Positions 1 through 12,528 of a stretch of 64,000 nucleotides of DNA are shown one piece after another. Position 1 is the first letter of the stretch; each line of letters starts with the position of its first letter. The stretch is from a virus (taxonomy: Duplodnaviria > Caudoviricetes): positions 26,330-90,329 of the IMG/VR virus record IMGVR_UViG_3300017780_003084, one strand, 5' to 3'. The notes under the pieces are model-generated. The model was not told the origin of the DNA, made no database searches, and saw nothing but the letters and a program-made list of their open reading frames with translations. A program made the position numbers and the translations under genes.

Positions 1-1662
1 CTTCATATAAGTGGTGTTACGCTCCATAACATCTTCAGCTTCTTTATTACGAGTGAATAGTAAATTACAAGCTGCAGACTTAATCAAACTTCCAGAGCCA
101 AAGATATCTTCTTCATGCATATCTGCACCTGTACTATTTGCTTTTTGCCCACTACCACTTTTACGAACATGCGTTACATTAATAAAAGTAACTTTGTGGC
201 TCTTTACAACACCCTTCATCCACTTACAGAATGAAGCTTGCTTCTCATTATCAAGCCCTTCTAATAAATCTGACACAGGGTCTAGGATGATAACTTTACA
301 TTCACAAGCAATGATTAGCTCCATAATCAAAGCTTTCATAGACTCCAAACCACCGTCACGATCTTCAATCAAGTGCCAACGATCTGTCCCATCAGGATTA
401 GTAAATAACTCCTGAGAAGCTGCCACAATATCAGGCCGATCTAAGAAAGCCAACTTATCTTCGATAGATTCGATAAGATCAATTTTTACACCTACATGCC
501 TACTGAGCATCTTAGTGCCGTATTGGTCTTTGTCACTCTCTAATGTCACTGTACCAATTCGATGAGGGCTATGGAAAACCCAGAAGTAATTACACTCATC
601 AACAATTGTACTTTTGCCTGTACCAGATGCACTCGCAAGATTCAAGATGACCCCAAGAGGAATACCACCTGCCATCTCCTTCTCCACCTCATGCATAAAT
701 GGAGGTAATGGAATCTTTGGAACCATCGCAGCTTCTCGAATACTAGCCAACAATCCACTTGTACCTACAATACCATCAGGACTATAAGGCTTTGCATCAT
801 AGAAAGAGCTTATGAATTGTTTCTGTTTCCCTTTTGTAAGCATTTCATTAACGTCCTTCATTGGAAGATTCATTACAAACATCTTACCTTTAGGAAGAAC
901 TTCTACAAGCTTTTGTACGGCTTTCTTTCCAGCTTCATCTTGATCGTAGCAAATGATAATACGCTCGAAAGTTGCAAGCCACTCATAATGTTTCTGAATT
1001 TGCTTGTAACTACCAGCTTCACCAATACCTGAGCTTACACAAGGGATAGCTGCAAAATCACTGTTACGACTCTTCCGATAATCTTCTAACATCTGGAATG
1101 CTGACATACAGTCTACTTCACCTGCTGTGATGACAACATATTTACCACCACCATTCTTCCACTTCCATTGTCCGAACAATTCACTATCTTTACCGATCTT
1201 CCCAACACTTCGGAAGTCTTTAGGAATCATTCTAATCTTATACCCTGCAGGTTTGTAATCTTCAGTGTACGGGTAGAATGTATCTGTTACTTCACCTGTT
1301 GTTTCGTCATACTTAAATCGGACAGCATACGCCTTGTAAGTTTCATCTGTAATGTCTCGACTGCCCTTACCACTTGTACCAGTTTGTTCCTTAATCTGGT
1401 CTGCTTGTTCCTGCGTCAATAGTTCCTTTGTACTCACTTCACTCTCCTCATAGTAATCCTCTTCGTCATCCCATCCCATTGCCTCACGATGCTCTTGACT
1501 AGCAATAGTCCAACCACAACTCCAACAGTGGGCAGACTCTGTACTAGCATAGACATGGAGGTTATTTCTGGAATTATCTCTTCCTTCTCGTATACAACGA
1601 GGACAGCCTGTCTTCTGCTCTCGTGTTAAATCAATTCCATGCTTCTCTGCTATTGCTGACAT
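1..1662 (-). CDS. DNA primase-helicase (T7 gp4/Twinkle-like), 3'-truncated by window edge
   Basis: Not in ORF track; translated by hand from ATG at 1662, open to position 1. Zn finger CPRC...CWSC, TOPRIM motifs AGEVDC and CYDQDEAG, Walker A ASGTGKST, IILDP, HVRK. Confidence 0.93.
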   Translation of the reverse strand, partial: MSAIAEKHGIDLTREQKTGCPRCIREGRDNSRNNLHVYASTESAHCWSCGWTIASQEHREAMGWDDEEDYYEESEVSTKELLTQEQADQIKEQTGTSGKGSRDITDETYKAYAVRFKYDETTGEVTDTFYPYTEDYKPAGYKIRMIPKDFRSVGKIGKDSELFGQWKWKNGGGKYVVITAGEVDCMSAFQMLEDYRKSRNSDFAAIPCVSSGIGEAGSYKQIQKHYEWLATFERIIICYDQDEAGKKAVQKLVEVLPKGKMFVMNLPMKDVNEMLTKGKQKQFISSFYDAKPYSPDGIVGTSGLLASIREAAMVPKIPLPPFMHEVEKEMAGGIPLGVILNLASASGTGKSTIVDECNYFWVFHSPHRIGTVTLESDKDQYGTKMLSRHVGVKIDLIESIEDKLAFLDRPDIVAASQELFTNPDGTDRWHLIEDRDGGLESMKALIMELIIACECKVIILDPVSDLLEGLDNEKQASFCKWMKGVVKSHKVTFINVTHVRKSGSGQKANSTGADMHEEDIFGSGSLIKSAACNLLFTRNKEAEDVMERNTTYMK

Positions 1663-1671
1663 TATCTCTCC

Positions 1672-2382
1672 TCAACAAACGTACCAATATCCAATTCCAA
1701 CATCCTCAAGAACATGTTCATCACTGAATAAGAAATCTTCAACTTCATCTCCTAGTTCATTTACAGACCTCACTTCAATGAAACTCCCTCCGTAAGTGTC
1801 TCGCGGAGATTTTGTTGACAACACTTCATAAACATAGTATTTCTTAAAGCCCATCAGTCCCCCTAATACTCATTATAATCAAATCCACAATTATTCGCAG
1901 CTCTTTTAACTCCCTCTCATCAACTATCAACTGCTTGAGAATCTGCTTATCTAGCTTCTGTATCACAGCCAGTTTTATAGCATCTTCCTTAGCTCCTAAC
2001 ATACTCCAAATGTCATACCCAAGTAATCCTTTGCTATGGAATATTTCCCACTCGTGTTTTATCCTTTGCTTTCTTTTAGCAATACGACTCTGCAGTGCGC
2101 TAATTAGTGTTAGTTTGTTCATGATTCCTCCACTTTATTAAACTTATGCTCCCACCATTCTTCATAAGTATAAATTTCTAATTGAGAACGTTTTTCATCA
2201 CCATGCAGATTTTGTGGGAATATATCAAAACCTAAAAATCCCTGGTTAGAAAATTCTCCCTTTTGCTTACACCAATCTTCAAAGTCACACAAAAGCTTTT
2301 CTGCAGAGGAATACTCTATGTAGTAATCATTGTCCCAAGAGTTGCAATAGTCATAGTAATTTACTGATAGTACGAGTTTCAT
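1672..2382 (-). other. Three small hypothetical ORFs (1672-1854, 1844-2122, 2119-2382)
   Basis: Tightly packed or overlapping, co-oriented with flanking genes, SD-like GGAG upstream; no recognisable motifs. Confidence 0.7.
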
Positions 2383-3755
2383 TCCACACCTCCATTCTTA
2401 ACACAATGTAATTGGTAAACACAGCGAGCATAACTGTCAGCTTCTTTCTTGTCAAGACGCTCTTCAATAAACACTGGCAGAAACAGAGAAGCAATCCTAC
2501 TATCACGCTTAGAAATAACGTCATTGGCTTTCACTGTAACAATAATACCGTAGTTTTGTATAGTCTCTGGAGAATACATTTCCCACCAAGCTTTACGTTG
2601 CTCATTTGAGAATCCTGTACCTAAATCTGACACAAGCAATCTATCACTAGAAGCCACTGTAAAGCTTCCCATCATACCTTTAGCCTTACCTGTACCTTCT
2701 GTCATACCAATCACTTGCAAATCTACTTCAAACTCGATTTTAAGTTTTACACAGTTTTTTGATGTACCGTCTTTCCACAAAAAGTCTGTTACCTTAATAA
2801 CAGCTCCCTCCATGCCCTCAGATGTGAACTTAGAATAAATCTTGTAAGCTTCTTCTAACGAATTAACGAGATGACGTTCTACAACCTCAACATTTGACAT
2901 ACTCTTAGTGATGTGTTCAAGTAAGTCTATTCGCTGGTAGTATTTACGAGCACTCACACCTGCTTTGAAATCTTCCACTGTCAAGCAGTCCCAAGCTGTC
3001 ATTTTAACAGTTTGATTTTCTGCTAACTCTCCACCTTTCAACACGCTATTAAGTATGCCATTACCTGTTTTACGATCTAGTAATACACCGTCTTCGTACA
3101 CAAGCATTTCTCCTACAGCTACAAAGCCATCAGGAAGCCCTGTAGCAACTTCTCTTGAGAAATCGGTAGGGTAGCAACTACCTGCTCTTGTAATCGCTTG
3201 TGGAGGCTCTCCTGCATTCTTTACGAGGTACGCAAAGCTGCCGTCACATTTTAGCTCTACATAGAACTCTGGGAGCTGTGAAAATTTCTTCTTAGCTTTC
3301 TCATCCAGTAAGCTGCAACGTTGATATCCTACTGAAAACCATAAATCAGGAAACACTTTCAAAATCATTGTATCTCCTACGCCAGCTCCGATAGACCGTT
3401 TCAGAATAAGTTCAATCAACTCTTTTGACTCTGGAGATACAGAAGCGTATAAATCGTTCAAGTAGTTCTTAGCTTTGTCTCCTGTGATTTCTCGTGTTGA
3501 AAGCACTTCCATCTCACTTAAAATATAGCGATAGTTTGGGTAATAACTTCCATTGTCTTCAAAATAATCTGACCAATCTAAATTCCAACCCCTCTTCTCA
3601 GAAACTTTGGATTGATAGTAACTAATAGCAGGACTATACACTGACTTCAAGTAAGCCTTCAACAGCTCATTGTCCTTATTAGCTTCCAAAATAGCTGTCT
3701 TAGCATTTGAGCCAGAAGCATTCTGTAGCTCTTTAATAATTGTGTATAAACTCAT
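2379..3755 (-). CDS. lig: ATP-dependent DNA ligase
   Basis: Motif I ELKCDG (KxDG), motif III VGEMLV, motif IV EGAVIK, motif V KLK, OB-fold GTGFS; T4/T5-like N-terminal DNA-binding domain. Confidence 0.93.
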   Translation of the reverse strand: MSLYTIIKELQNASGSNAKTAILEANKDNELLKAYLKSVYSPAISYYQSKVSEKRGWNLDWSDYFEDNGSYYPNYRYILSEMEVLSTREITGDKAKNYLNDLYASVSPESKELIELILKRSIGAGVGDTMILKVFPDLWFSVGYQRCSLLDEKAKKKFSQLPEFYVELKCDGSFAYLVKNAGEPPQAITRAGSCYPTDFSREVATGLPDGFVAVGEMLVYEDGVLLDRKTGNGILNSVLKGGELAENQTVKMTAWDCLTVEDFKAGVSARKYYQRIDLLEHITKSMSNVEVVERHLVNSLEEAYKIYSKFTSEGMEGAVIKVTDFLWKDGTSKNCVKLKIEFEVDLQVIGMTEGTGKAKGMMGSFTVASSDRLLVSDLGTGFSNEQRKAWWEMYSPETIQNYGIIVTVKANDVISKRDSRIASLFLPVFIEERLDKKEADSYARCVYQLHCVKNGGVE

Positions 3756-3846
3756 ATACTCTCCTTATCTGTAAATAAATTCCCCGACACAACCTAGATA
3801 GTAGAGTATGTCAGGGAATGTGTTAAGCTATTTTATAGAAGAACCT

Positions 3847-4228
3847 TCAAAGAAGAACTACTTTCTGTGTATATCCAAACTCTTCCGCATCACCATCATC
3901 TGTTGTGTAGTTATCCCATAAGCAAAACTCATTAGCTTTCTCTGCGGCTGTGAATGCGATTGAAGGTGTGGAAGTTCTCTCTGGAGATTGCCCATGATCG
4001 CAACAAGAATACACTTCCAAATCCTGCGGCATATCTTTCAGTAATTCAATTAGTTCAAATACTTTCATAATGTTCTCCTTAATCAGAGCTACTGCAACTA
4101 GAAGAACTGTCGCCAGAGCATCCACAGTCTTTGTAATATGATTCACGTTTCTTACGGGATTGCTCCTCTTTCAATTTAGTTAGGCGTTCTGCTTCACGTT
4201 CTTGTTTCGATTTGAATATGTTAAACAT
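3847..4228 (-). other. Two small hypothetical ORFs (3847-4068 MKVFELIELLK..., 4079-4228 MFNIFKSK...)
   Basis: Starts re-assigned to the ATGs that follow AGGAG SD sites; the ORF-track starts overlap upstream genes. Confidence 0.65.
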
Positions 4229-4241
4229 TGTTTTCTCCTTG

Positions 4242-5219
4242 TTATACAACAATATATTGCTTATCTTCACCACCATTGTAGCATTCACCTAGAAGAGTTT
4301 TACGATGTTGAATCCAGCCGCAATAGTTGCCACTCCAGAAATTGTAGTCTCGGTCTAGATGAGATATACCGACTTGCCATGTGCAATGTTCGTCTGGATT
4401 GTTGCACATGTAAGTTTTTTCATTCATAGGAGTTGCTTGATGTTCCAAGGCACTACTATGCTTCCGTTCATCACCTACAAGACGCTCATACAATTGCAAA
4501 CACTTTTCTAGGTCATAGTCTTCATTGCGATATGATACAGCAGCACAACGAGCAGCAGACACTTTGATTGCTTGGTCTAAAGTAAGAACTCTACAATCTA
4601 CTAATCGCTCCTCAATGTAATAAATAAATTTACCATCGTTGTCAAACGAAATGTCAACATAAGGCAAGTGCCACTCTCCAGCCTTCAACAACTGTGGAGT
4701 GCTACTATCATAAGCCTCTTTCATCTTACGAGCAAGCTCTGCAATTGTAGGGTCTGCCATCACGTCATCACGCAGCCAGAAGAAATTGTTATACTCTGTT
4801 GCAGATACAATAGCTTTAATCATCTGGAATGGCTCAGTTAAGCGATTGTAGATTTGTTTGTGATATCCAGCTTCTTTGAATGCCTTTGAATACTCTATGG
4901 TTAATTTTTTAGCCTCATTCCAACCCTCTTCAGGTGAAAGATGACGAAATGATACGTCTCCGTCAATTTGAATTTTCTTGGTGTGATTTTCTCCATTGTC
5001 CTGCATACCTTTCTGTGCAGCTCCGAATCGACTAGGAACTCCATCAAGCTGCTCTAGCATCTTGTCGAATGGAATAGCTCGTGAGCTTGCAGCATTGCGT
5101 GAGAACTGCCTGTGTGTCATAAATTCAGCCCAGACCAGACGAGGCACTTCAATCTCAAATGTCGTAAGTCGATTTCCATTTTCGTTAATACTGTCACATA
5201 ATACTTTTGCTTTAATCAT
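4242..5219 (-). CDS. thyX: Flavin-dependent thymidylate synthase (ThyX/Thy1, phage type)
   Basis: AEFMTHRQFSRNAASSRAIP matches the ThyX RHRxxS(x7)SxR signature; H-SALEHQATP and NYCGWIQHR are typical of phage ThyX. Confidence 0.88.
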   Translation of the reverse strand: MIKAKVLCDSINENGNRLTTFEIEVPRLVWAEFMTHRQFSRNAASSRAIPFDKMLEQLDGVPSRFGAAQKGMQDNGENHTKKIQIDGDVSFRHLSPEEGWNEAKKLTIEYSKAFKEAGYHKQIYNRLTEPFQMIKAIVSATEYNNFFWLRDDVMADPTIAELARKMKEAYDSSTPQLLKAGEWHLPYVDISFDNDGKFIYYIEERLVDCRVLTLDQAIKVSAARCAAVSYRNEDYDLEKCLQLYERLVGDERKHSSALEHQATPMNEKTYMCNNPDEHCTWQVGISHLDRDYNFWSGNYCGWIQHRKTLLGECYNGGEDKQYIVV

Positions 5220-5227
5220 ACACTCTC

Positions 5228-5986
5228 CTATTCAACCACATAATATTTATCAAACACAAACTCTGCCACACAATAACGATACTTAGCTCTATACGCCTCA
5301 GACACTCCATGATAGCTAGTAGCCTTAGCAATCCATCTGTCAGCATCTCCCTTACGCCTATAAAACTGAGACACTTGCTGCATTGTCACTTCATTAATGA
5401 CGCAATATGCTCTTACTTTGTCAATTTCTTTCATACGTCCTCCTTAAAGTCTTTCAAAATAATAGCTTTCTCTCCAGCACATTGAATTTTCTTTGTGCTG
5501 CCAACAGAGTTATTCCACCCAAAAGTTTTCACCACAACTGTGTGCAAGCTCTTATCAATAGCTGTCACTTTACGAATATTCTGCACAGCAGTTTTACCAT
5601 TCAACTCAGCATAAGCTAAATAGTCTCCCACTTTTATTTCTTCTCCAAACATGTCTTTGAACATATCACCCTCCAGCATTACGATTATTCATCTGCGTAG
5701 CTACTTCATCATAAACCATATCTGCAATATAGTCTTTCAGTAACACACCAAGCTGACTCTCAAATGTTGGTATTTGTTCTGGAATTTCATCCTTTGAACG
5801 AGGATTTAAAATACCAAGCTTAACTGCTACATCATAGTGCACAAGCTTCCTAATTTCAGTTGTATGGGCATAAGCTGAATACCCCGTTGTATTTTCTGGA
5901 ACAGATTTTAATGAAACATTCACAAAATCCTTCTTATCACCTTGTTTACCACTAATATCACAAATATATGTTGTTACAATTGCCAT
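5228..5986 (-). other. Three hypothetical ORFs (5228-5434, 5431-5679, 5666-5986)
   Basis: Co-oriented with overlapping start/stop codons and SD sites. Confidence 0.7.
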
Positions 5987-5998
5987 GTTATTTCTCCT

Positions 5999-6310
5999 TT
6001 AATCATAATTAATTCTCTCGCCCCAAGTATCTAACATCTGTCTCGGTACAATTGCTTCTGGACAGTCATCAATCCAAACTTGTACGCAAATACCTTTATC
6101 AAACATAAATTTCTGCTTAGGCTTTCCACATGTGAAATAGATGTCAATAAGATGCCCTAAGTCATCTAACACTTCCCTTCCATCATATTCTTCGCACCTT
6201 GCCGTAACACAAACTACAGTGTGACCTCGTGCAATTGCAGACTTGATAAACTCTGTCCAAAGTATTTTATCACGAGTGAAAGTATCATCATAGTCTATAG
6301 ATATAATCAT
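5999..6310 (-). CDS. Small HAD-superfamily phosphatase-like protein
   Basis: Motif I ISIDYDDTFT (DxDxT), motif II VTAR, motif IV WIDDCPE. Confidence 0.75.
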   Translation of the reverse strand: MIISIDYDDTFTRDKILWTEFIKSAIARGHTVVCVTARCEEYDGREVLDDLGHLIDIYFTCGKPKQKFMFDKGICVQVWIDDCPEAIVPRQMLDTWGERINYD

Positions 6311-6729
6311 TTCTTCTCCTTTTCTCTAGAAAATATTAAGTTTCCAACTCTTTTATGCTTATCAGCCCACTTGTGCTTACTCTTATAGTGGTTGAAGTAC
6401 AATGCTTGACTGGACAAGATGGGAGCCATATTATATGCTTTCCAGAACTTCGTCAAGAACATTTTATCTTTTACTATACGAATACTTGTACGAGCCACAT
6501 ACGGGAACTGGTTAGCCTTAAATATCGTTACATAAATCGTTTCACGATTCTTCCTAGACCTATTAAGCACAACGTCTAAGACAGAACGAATCGTTACAAC
6601 AGATTCTCCACGAGCTTCACGATAAGTGACGTACTGTAAGATTTGAATATCTGTAGGATGCTCCACAATAGCTGCCACAGAGCTTGCAGAAACAACAGAA
6701 AGCATTATAGAAGCTATTGTTTGTCTCAT
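6307..6729 (-). CDS. SleB/Hydrolase_2-like cell wall hydrolase with signal peptide
   Basis: N-terminal signal-like stretch; YREARGE, VVLNR, NQF, ALYFNH and GNLIF pattern of Hydrolase_2. Confidence 0.75.
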   Translation of the reverse strand: MRQTIASIMLSVVSASSVAAIVEHPTDIQILQYVTYREARGESVVTIRSVLDVVLNRSRKNRETIYVTIFKANQFPYVARTSIRIVKDKMFLTKFWKAYNMAPILSSQALYFNHYKSKHKWADKHKRVGNLIFSREKEKK

Positions 6730-9700
6730 GAGTTTTCCATATTCAAATAATCTACATAATTGTCAAGAACATGTTTAGCTTCTTCAATTGTTTCAAACTC
6801 CTCTTCATCGAATTGGCTAGTTTCATATTCAAATTTGTAGTAGCACCTGTCATCAATAGTGACAAATCTGAATACGTGCTTCACTTCTGTCTCTTTGAAG
6901 GAGTCAATTTCATTGTTGTTCATAGCTTTCCCACCAACTCAACAAACTCATCTGTATAGAATCCTTCTCCGTGATTCACTTCGAATATTTTATCATTCCA
7001 GTACATCTCATTAACTTTCATGTAGTAGTCTCCTAATTGTTTGTTAGTAGCTTCTAGCTCCATAATCTTTAAGTTAAGTTGTAAGTTGGTTTCATTGTCA
7101 GAAGCGCTCTGAGCTTCTAGTTTAGCATTCTCAATTTGCAATTGTCTACAAAATTCTAAAGCACAATCAAGCTCATCTTGTAATTCTTTAGTCATAATTT
7201 CTCCTTATTTGTTAATCAATGGAAGAATTCTACACAAGCAACCGATATGTGTCAAGCTTTAATTGTAGGGTGCTGTAAAAGCATACGAACTCCATTTCTT
7301 ATATAGCCAATGTTTATTTGCTTTAATAAACATATCAGCATTCCCAACAGAATCATAGAATGAGAAGTCTATTTTATCATCATCTTTCATAGGATAAGGA
7401 CAACCTGATAAAAGGATGTCATCTATGAACTTAATCTGACTTGGTGTGGCGCTCATTTGTAAGCCCTTTCTTAAACTCCACAGGAGCATAATAATTCCAT
7501 AATGTGAAGTCTTCATCATAGAGCTTTTGCATTCTCATTAGCTGTACTTTCTCTTCACGTCCTTTGCGAGTGATTCTGTACTCATCTGAGAAATCATGTG
7601 TCCAATCATGCAGTAAAAGACACTTCTCATATAGGGCTATTGACATAATCTTCCCACTCCTCTAATTTAGTTAACACATTCTTCCAAGACGTTCTATCAC
7701 ACCACTGTCCCATTGTGTACAAACCAAAAACAGGGTTATCTCTACGTTGTTCGTCATCTTCCTTGAAAGCATATTGAAGCTCTCGTAACATGAGCTTCTT
7801 AGTTTTATCTGGAACTGTGTCAAAGTTAGCTAGGAAGGCTTCTTCGAAGTCTGAGACAATATAGGATATACGCCCAAATGCATAGCGAAAGCTACAAAAC
7901 CATAATGTATCTAAATGTGGTTGTTTCATACACTCTCCATGACATGTAATAGACTTAATGAGTGTACAGATAACTTACCCGCATGCTCACGCGAAATCAA
8001 CTCTTTCAAATCTGCGTAATATTCCATGCCAAGTATCATTTCATCAGAATGATATATTCCATCAATAAGAACTTGTTGTGAGTCATCCCAATACCCTGCA
8101 CAATAATGGTAAACATATGTTGTCTTTTTCAAGTGATTGTTGTTAATTATCTCTTTCATACATTCTCCTTACGCTTAACAGAATGCACAGGATGTAAAAT
8201 ATACTTAACACCAAGCAGCTCCTTAGCCTTCTCAAGCTTCTCAGCATTAGCTTGCTGCAGAGTTGCTATAGGTGACAAATCCTGCATACGTCCTGTTATG
8301 TTGTGCTTCATATCTGAATGGCTTGGACACTTCCCTAGGAAGAAATTCATTATATCCATTTATAATCCTTTCGATGTGAGTTAATTTCTTTAAATGGGTT
8401 GTAAATGTTCATATTAGTCCTGTGGTTGGTTGTCAAAATAAATTTGTTTAGCTGCGTTGAATGCGCTATGTAAGACTCCCCATTCCACACAACATGAATG
8501 ATAGATGTGTGCCTTATCAGTTCCAATGTAGCTAAAACGTCTACGTACACTGTGTCTAGCCTTATGAACTCTCCAAGCTAAGTTGGCTAGGATTTTACGT
8601 TCTGTGCTCATACGTTCTCCTCAATAATTCTGAATGATAGTTCTGGGTCATGTCTGAGCGTTAACCCTGCTTCCCAAATTAGTTCTTCAAATACTTCACC
8701 ATCTCTGTCAACAAGATAACAGTGTTGCCAGTAACTTCGCTCTCCTGTAGCTTTAATGTAAAATTCTATTTTCATACACTCTCCTGATTATTGACTAAAA
8801 AGCAATTGCAAAGTTATTTCTGCAAACTCACGAGCTTCTTCTAGGGAAACAACACCATCAGTGTTACTGTTTTTAGGGCTGTACAAATGAACTCCATCTT
8901 TCTCAAATCTCACAGCAATACGTTTGAAGCTAACGTCACGTTTATCTTGTATTGCAATAGCAATTTCAACCAACTCATCTCCACTCCCTTCAATACAAGC
9001 ATCTGGTACAAGACGTTCAGACTTCATCCATTGTGTGTATTTACCTCCATACGGACTATCACACTCTTGCCACCATTCTTTACCATCATGTTCTGTTCTT
9101 ATTACAGTGTACCAATTATCTCCGCAATCATTAAGTTCAAGTCTCATTAAATCCTCCCAATTAATTTCATAAGCAAATTGCTAGGCTCAATTCTAGGTGT
9201 ATTATCAGAGTATGTCAAGAAGTTTGTGGAAGGTTGTTCCATTTCATCTATCCAAAATACATCACGAGTTTTCTCTATTGTGTATATTGTTTGAGTATAC
9301 CCTTGCGCTATCATAACTCTCTTCATCATTTCTACAGCAAGAGATTTACCACTGTAACTGCCTCCACCGACGATTAACACTCTCTTATCATCTTTTGTAT
9401 ACAGTTCTTCGTTCATGTGTCCTCTTTCGTAGATAAATTAGCAGCAGCTCTAACAATAGCACGCCTTACTGCCGCGCATTTATCGTCACAATGGTGATAC
9501 ACATCTTCACGAAACAACTCACTACTACCATACACAGAAGCTCTCTGATAACCTCTTGAGCACTCTACTTGCATATTCAGCCTTGCCATCAATCCAAAAG
9601 CATCTCCATTATTCAAAAGAGGGTTGAACATCCCAATACTAGATTCATAGGTGGCGTACATTTGACTCCACCTGTAGAGTTCAATTCCTGCAGCTTTTGC

Positions 9701-9742
9701 TGCTAACCCTATTAATGCTTTATCTGAGTCTGTAGTAGTCAT
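6726..9742 (-). other. Run of small hypothetical ORFs (6726-6923, 6920-7195, 7259-7519, 7431-7646, 7627-7929, 7926-8159, 8156-8359, 8414-8611, 8788-9147, 9147-9416, 9413-9742)
   Basis: Dense co-oriented packing with ATGA-type overlaps and AGGAG SDs; no confident function. Confidence 0.7.
7227..7255 (-). promoter_or_regulatory. sigma70-type promoter
   Basis: TTGACA-17 bp-TAGAAT on the minus strand. Confidence 0.75.
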
Positions 9743-10398
9743 TATGAGTTTCCTTTCATAGATATTTGCTTCTGCAATTGGTTCCACTTACTCTCAAGTT
9801 CCTTGAAAGCCTCAGCACAAGAATATTGCTTCTTGTATGTGCTGACAGTTTTCTCTGAGATTTGATGACGATGTGCTACATTCATACGAGAAACACCAGC
9901 TTGCAAGTCTGCTAGGATAGCTTTGATTTTGTTTGGGGAGTTTGTTTGTTGACGACCACAGATCACGCCCTGCGACTTCGCCCTAGCAATACCCTCCTTT
10001 ACTTCTTTACGGAGATTATCAATATAAACTTCTGCCAAACCTGCTAACACACCTACAATCATCTTACCTGCAGGGCTGTCAATGTCAACACCACCAATTT
10101 CCATGACACGTACAGTGACCCCTATTTTCTTGCAGTCACGTATAGTTGAGAGAATGTCGATAGTATCCCTGCCAAGGCGAGAAATACTTTTTATGATAAG
10201 TACATCCCCTATAACAAAATTCTTATACATATTACCAAACATTTTACGCTGTAGGGCTGGTATTGTACCAGATGTGCCTTCATCTTCTGGAACCCATACA
10301 TCTACTTTGAAGCCAGCTCTCTCAATGGCATCTTTCTGTGTCTCCATAGTCTGCTCTTTATCATCCGTACTTATACGACAGTATGCGTAAATTGTCAT
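9742..10398 (-). CDS. Small serine recombinase (resolvase/invertase family) with C-terminal HTH
   Basis: AYCRIST catalytic Ser motif, KSISRLGRD, GKMIVGVLAGLAE, EGIARAKSQGVICGR, then HTH. Start placed at ATG 10398 after GGAG. Confidence 0.9.
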   Translation of the reverse strand: MTIYAYCRISTDDKEQTMETQKDAIERAGFKVDVWVPEDEGTSGTIPALQRKMFGNMYKNFVIGDVLIIKSISRLGRDTIDILSTIRDCKKIGVTVRVMEIGGVDIDSPAGKMIVGVLAGLAEVYIDNLRKEVKEGIARAKSQGVICGRQQTNSPNKIKAILADLQAGVSRMNVAHRHQISEKTVSTYKKQYSCAEAFKELESKWNQLQKQISMKGNS

Positions 10399-10433
10399 TC
10401 GAATTTCTCCAAGAATTGTTGAATGGACGTATA

Positions 10434-12528
10434 TTATTCCCAAACGTCTAAGCTGTCAACCATTTTCTGTAACTTCTCTTTGCATCGTTTATCAATCTCA
10501 TAATCCAGAGCTTCTTTATCTTTCATTAAAACAACCCATTCATCTGTCTCTTTCAACTTTTTCTCTTGTTGCTCCATTTTTTGATTCATCATACGAGTAG
10601 CCCAATTCTCAAGAATAGGCTCTAACAATTCATGTCGAATTTCTACACCATTCAAGCTAATCTGAATATCCACTTTACGGACATCATAATCTGCAGCACT
10701 GGTAATTTTTGATAAATCTTTAAGTTCAGCTTGAAGAATCAAGTGAGATAAATATGTTGGTTTTTTAAATTCATTGTGTAAGTCGATTGTTGTCATGGCA
10801 CTCCTCATTTAGTTCTGATTGCACTTAGCTTCAGGGTCTTTCCTACCACACCCATATTTACATTCTTCACAAGACAGAGATGAGTTGTAGTGACAACCGT
10901 AGTCTCCATTCCATTCATCGTAATATCCTGTACACTTTGGATGTTTAGTAAGCAATTCTTCTGCCTCGATTAAAGTAGCTCCAAATCCAGAGTCCTCTAC
11001 AGAATCTAAAGCTGCTCGTAACTCATCTGGAGTCATCTCTCTGAGTTCTTGTAATACTTTATCTAGTGCTTCGTCTTCAGTCATTATTCCTCCCAATATC
11101 GTCTAGGTTCTGGTAGTGTATCCCACTGAAAATCTTTCATCAATTGTGTTATGAAACAAATTGCAGGATAGTTGTCAAGTTGAAACAACACTTGTGAGTC
11201 CTCGTCACAACCCTTCCAATAGCTGCAAACAAAATGTTGTCCTAACCTCATTTCTGAAGGGCATAAGGATAAGAATTCTTGTAAAATCATAACTTCGCTC
11301 CAACTGTAAGAAATGCCAAGTAGTTCTCATATTCCTCTTTAGAAATAATCTCCACTTCTTCTCCTGCGAAGAAATGTACTACATTACCTCCTAGTTTACA
11401 GAAGGAGTACATGCCATCTACGTGATCGAAGAAGAGGCATTCTCCATCAGGCTGCCTGCGTATATAGCTTTGTCTTGGTACGTTGTATAGTTTCATCTCA
11501 TTTCTCCTTTAAAATCTAATCGCGTAGCTGTGAAACAGTGTGAATTCTTCCAATCTTGTGTAGTAGATGGCATTGTTGCAGAGTTTGTATCTATGAATAT
11601 CTTCTGCTAAAACTTCTTTAATTCCAAACTTTGTTACAACAGGGTATGTTTTACCTTCTACAATCCTCACAGGGATCTTCACACTTGTCATCTCATTTCT
11701 CCTTCAATTTACCAACAAACCACACAGCTCCAACCATAGCTAAAGCTCCTCGGAAGAACCCGTTGAAGTGTTCTGATACTCCTTGTACCAAGACTGTCAT
11801 AATGGAAGCCAGCACAATAGCTACACACAGCTCAATAATAAACCACATGAATTCTTTCATTTGTTATCCTTTAGTTAATCAAATCAGCAAGACTCTCAGC
11901 TTCCACAATCACTTGGTAGAGTCCTTCGCTGCGAGAATTCTCCCAAGCCTTCTCAAACAACTTCTCGCGCTTAGGATGGTGTGTAATACCAAGTTCCTCA
12001 AATAAATCTTGCTTGAATTCTTTAAGCAAATTTGCTTTCTCTTCACTATATTGCTTTAGATGCTCTTTATAAGATTTTTCATCTAGCACAGTTTCTTTTA
12101 CAGAGAAGTCTGAGGGTTTTACCTCTGTGGCACAATTTCCAACACATACTCCAGCTTTGTAATAGTATGTTGTTTGGTAGTCTTGCTTGTTAGGATAGGT
12201 TGTTGTCATTGTTGTGTAGTAGGTCATGTTTTTCATTGTGTTCTCCTTAGTCTTCGTATTTATTAAAACTCATTTCAAGTTTAGCTCTTGCAAAAGCTTG
12301 AGTGTAACATTCATTAATCTTTTCTGCAAGCTCAAAATCTGAAGGGAAACATGTAGACATACCTACACTGAGCTTTCTAGAATTGACATAATTACTTATT
12401 CGGAGGTATTCCAATTTTCTACCTTCTTTATCCCATATAGAGTTGTATACAATAACGCCTGCACTAATCATAAACTTCTCAGAATTCTTTCTGTCACCTT
12501 CTACGTATATTTCCATACATTGTTTCAC
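10434..12528 (-). other. Run of small hypothetical ORFs (10434-10808, 10809-11096, 11084-11290, 11287-11496, 11509-11691, about 11691-11858 membrane peptide, 11871-12236, 12247-12528)
   Basis: Co-oriented and densely packed, with SD sites. Confidence 0.7.
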
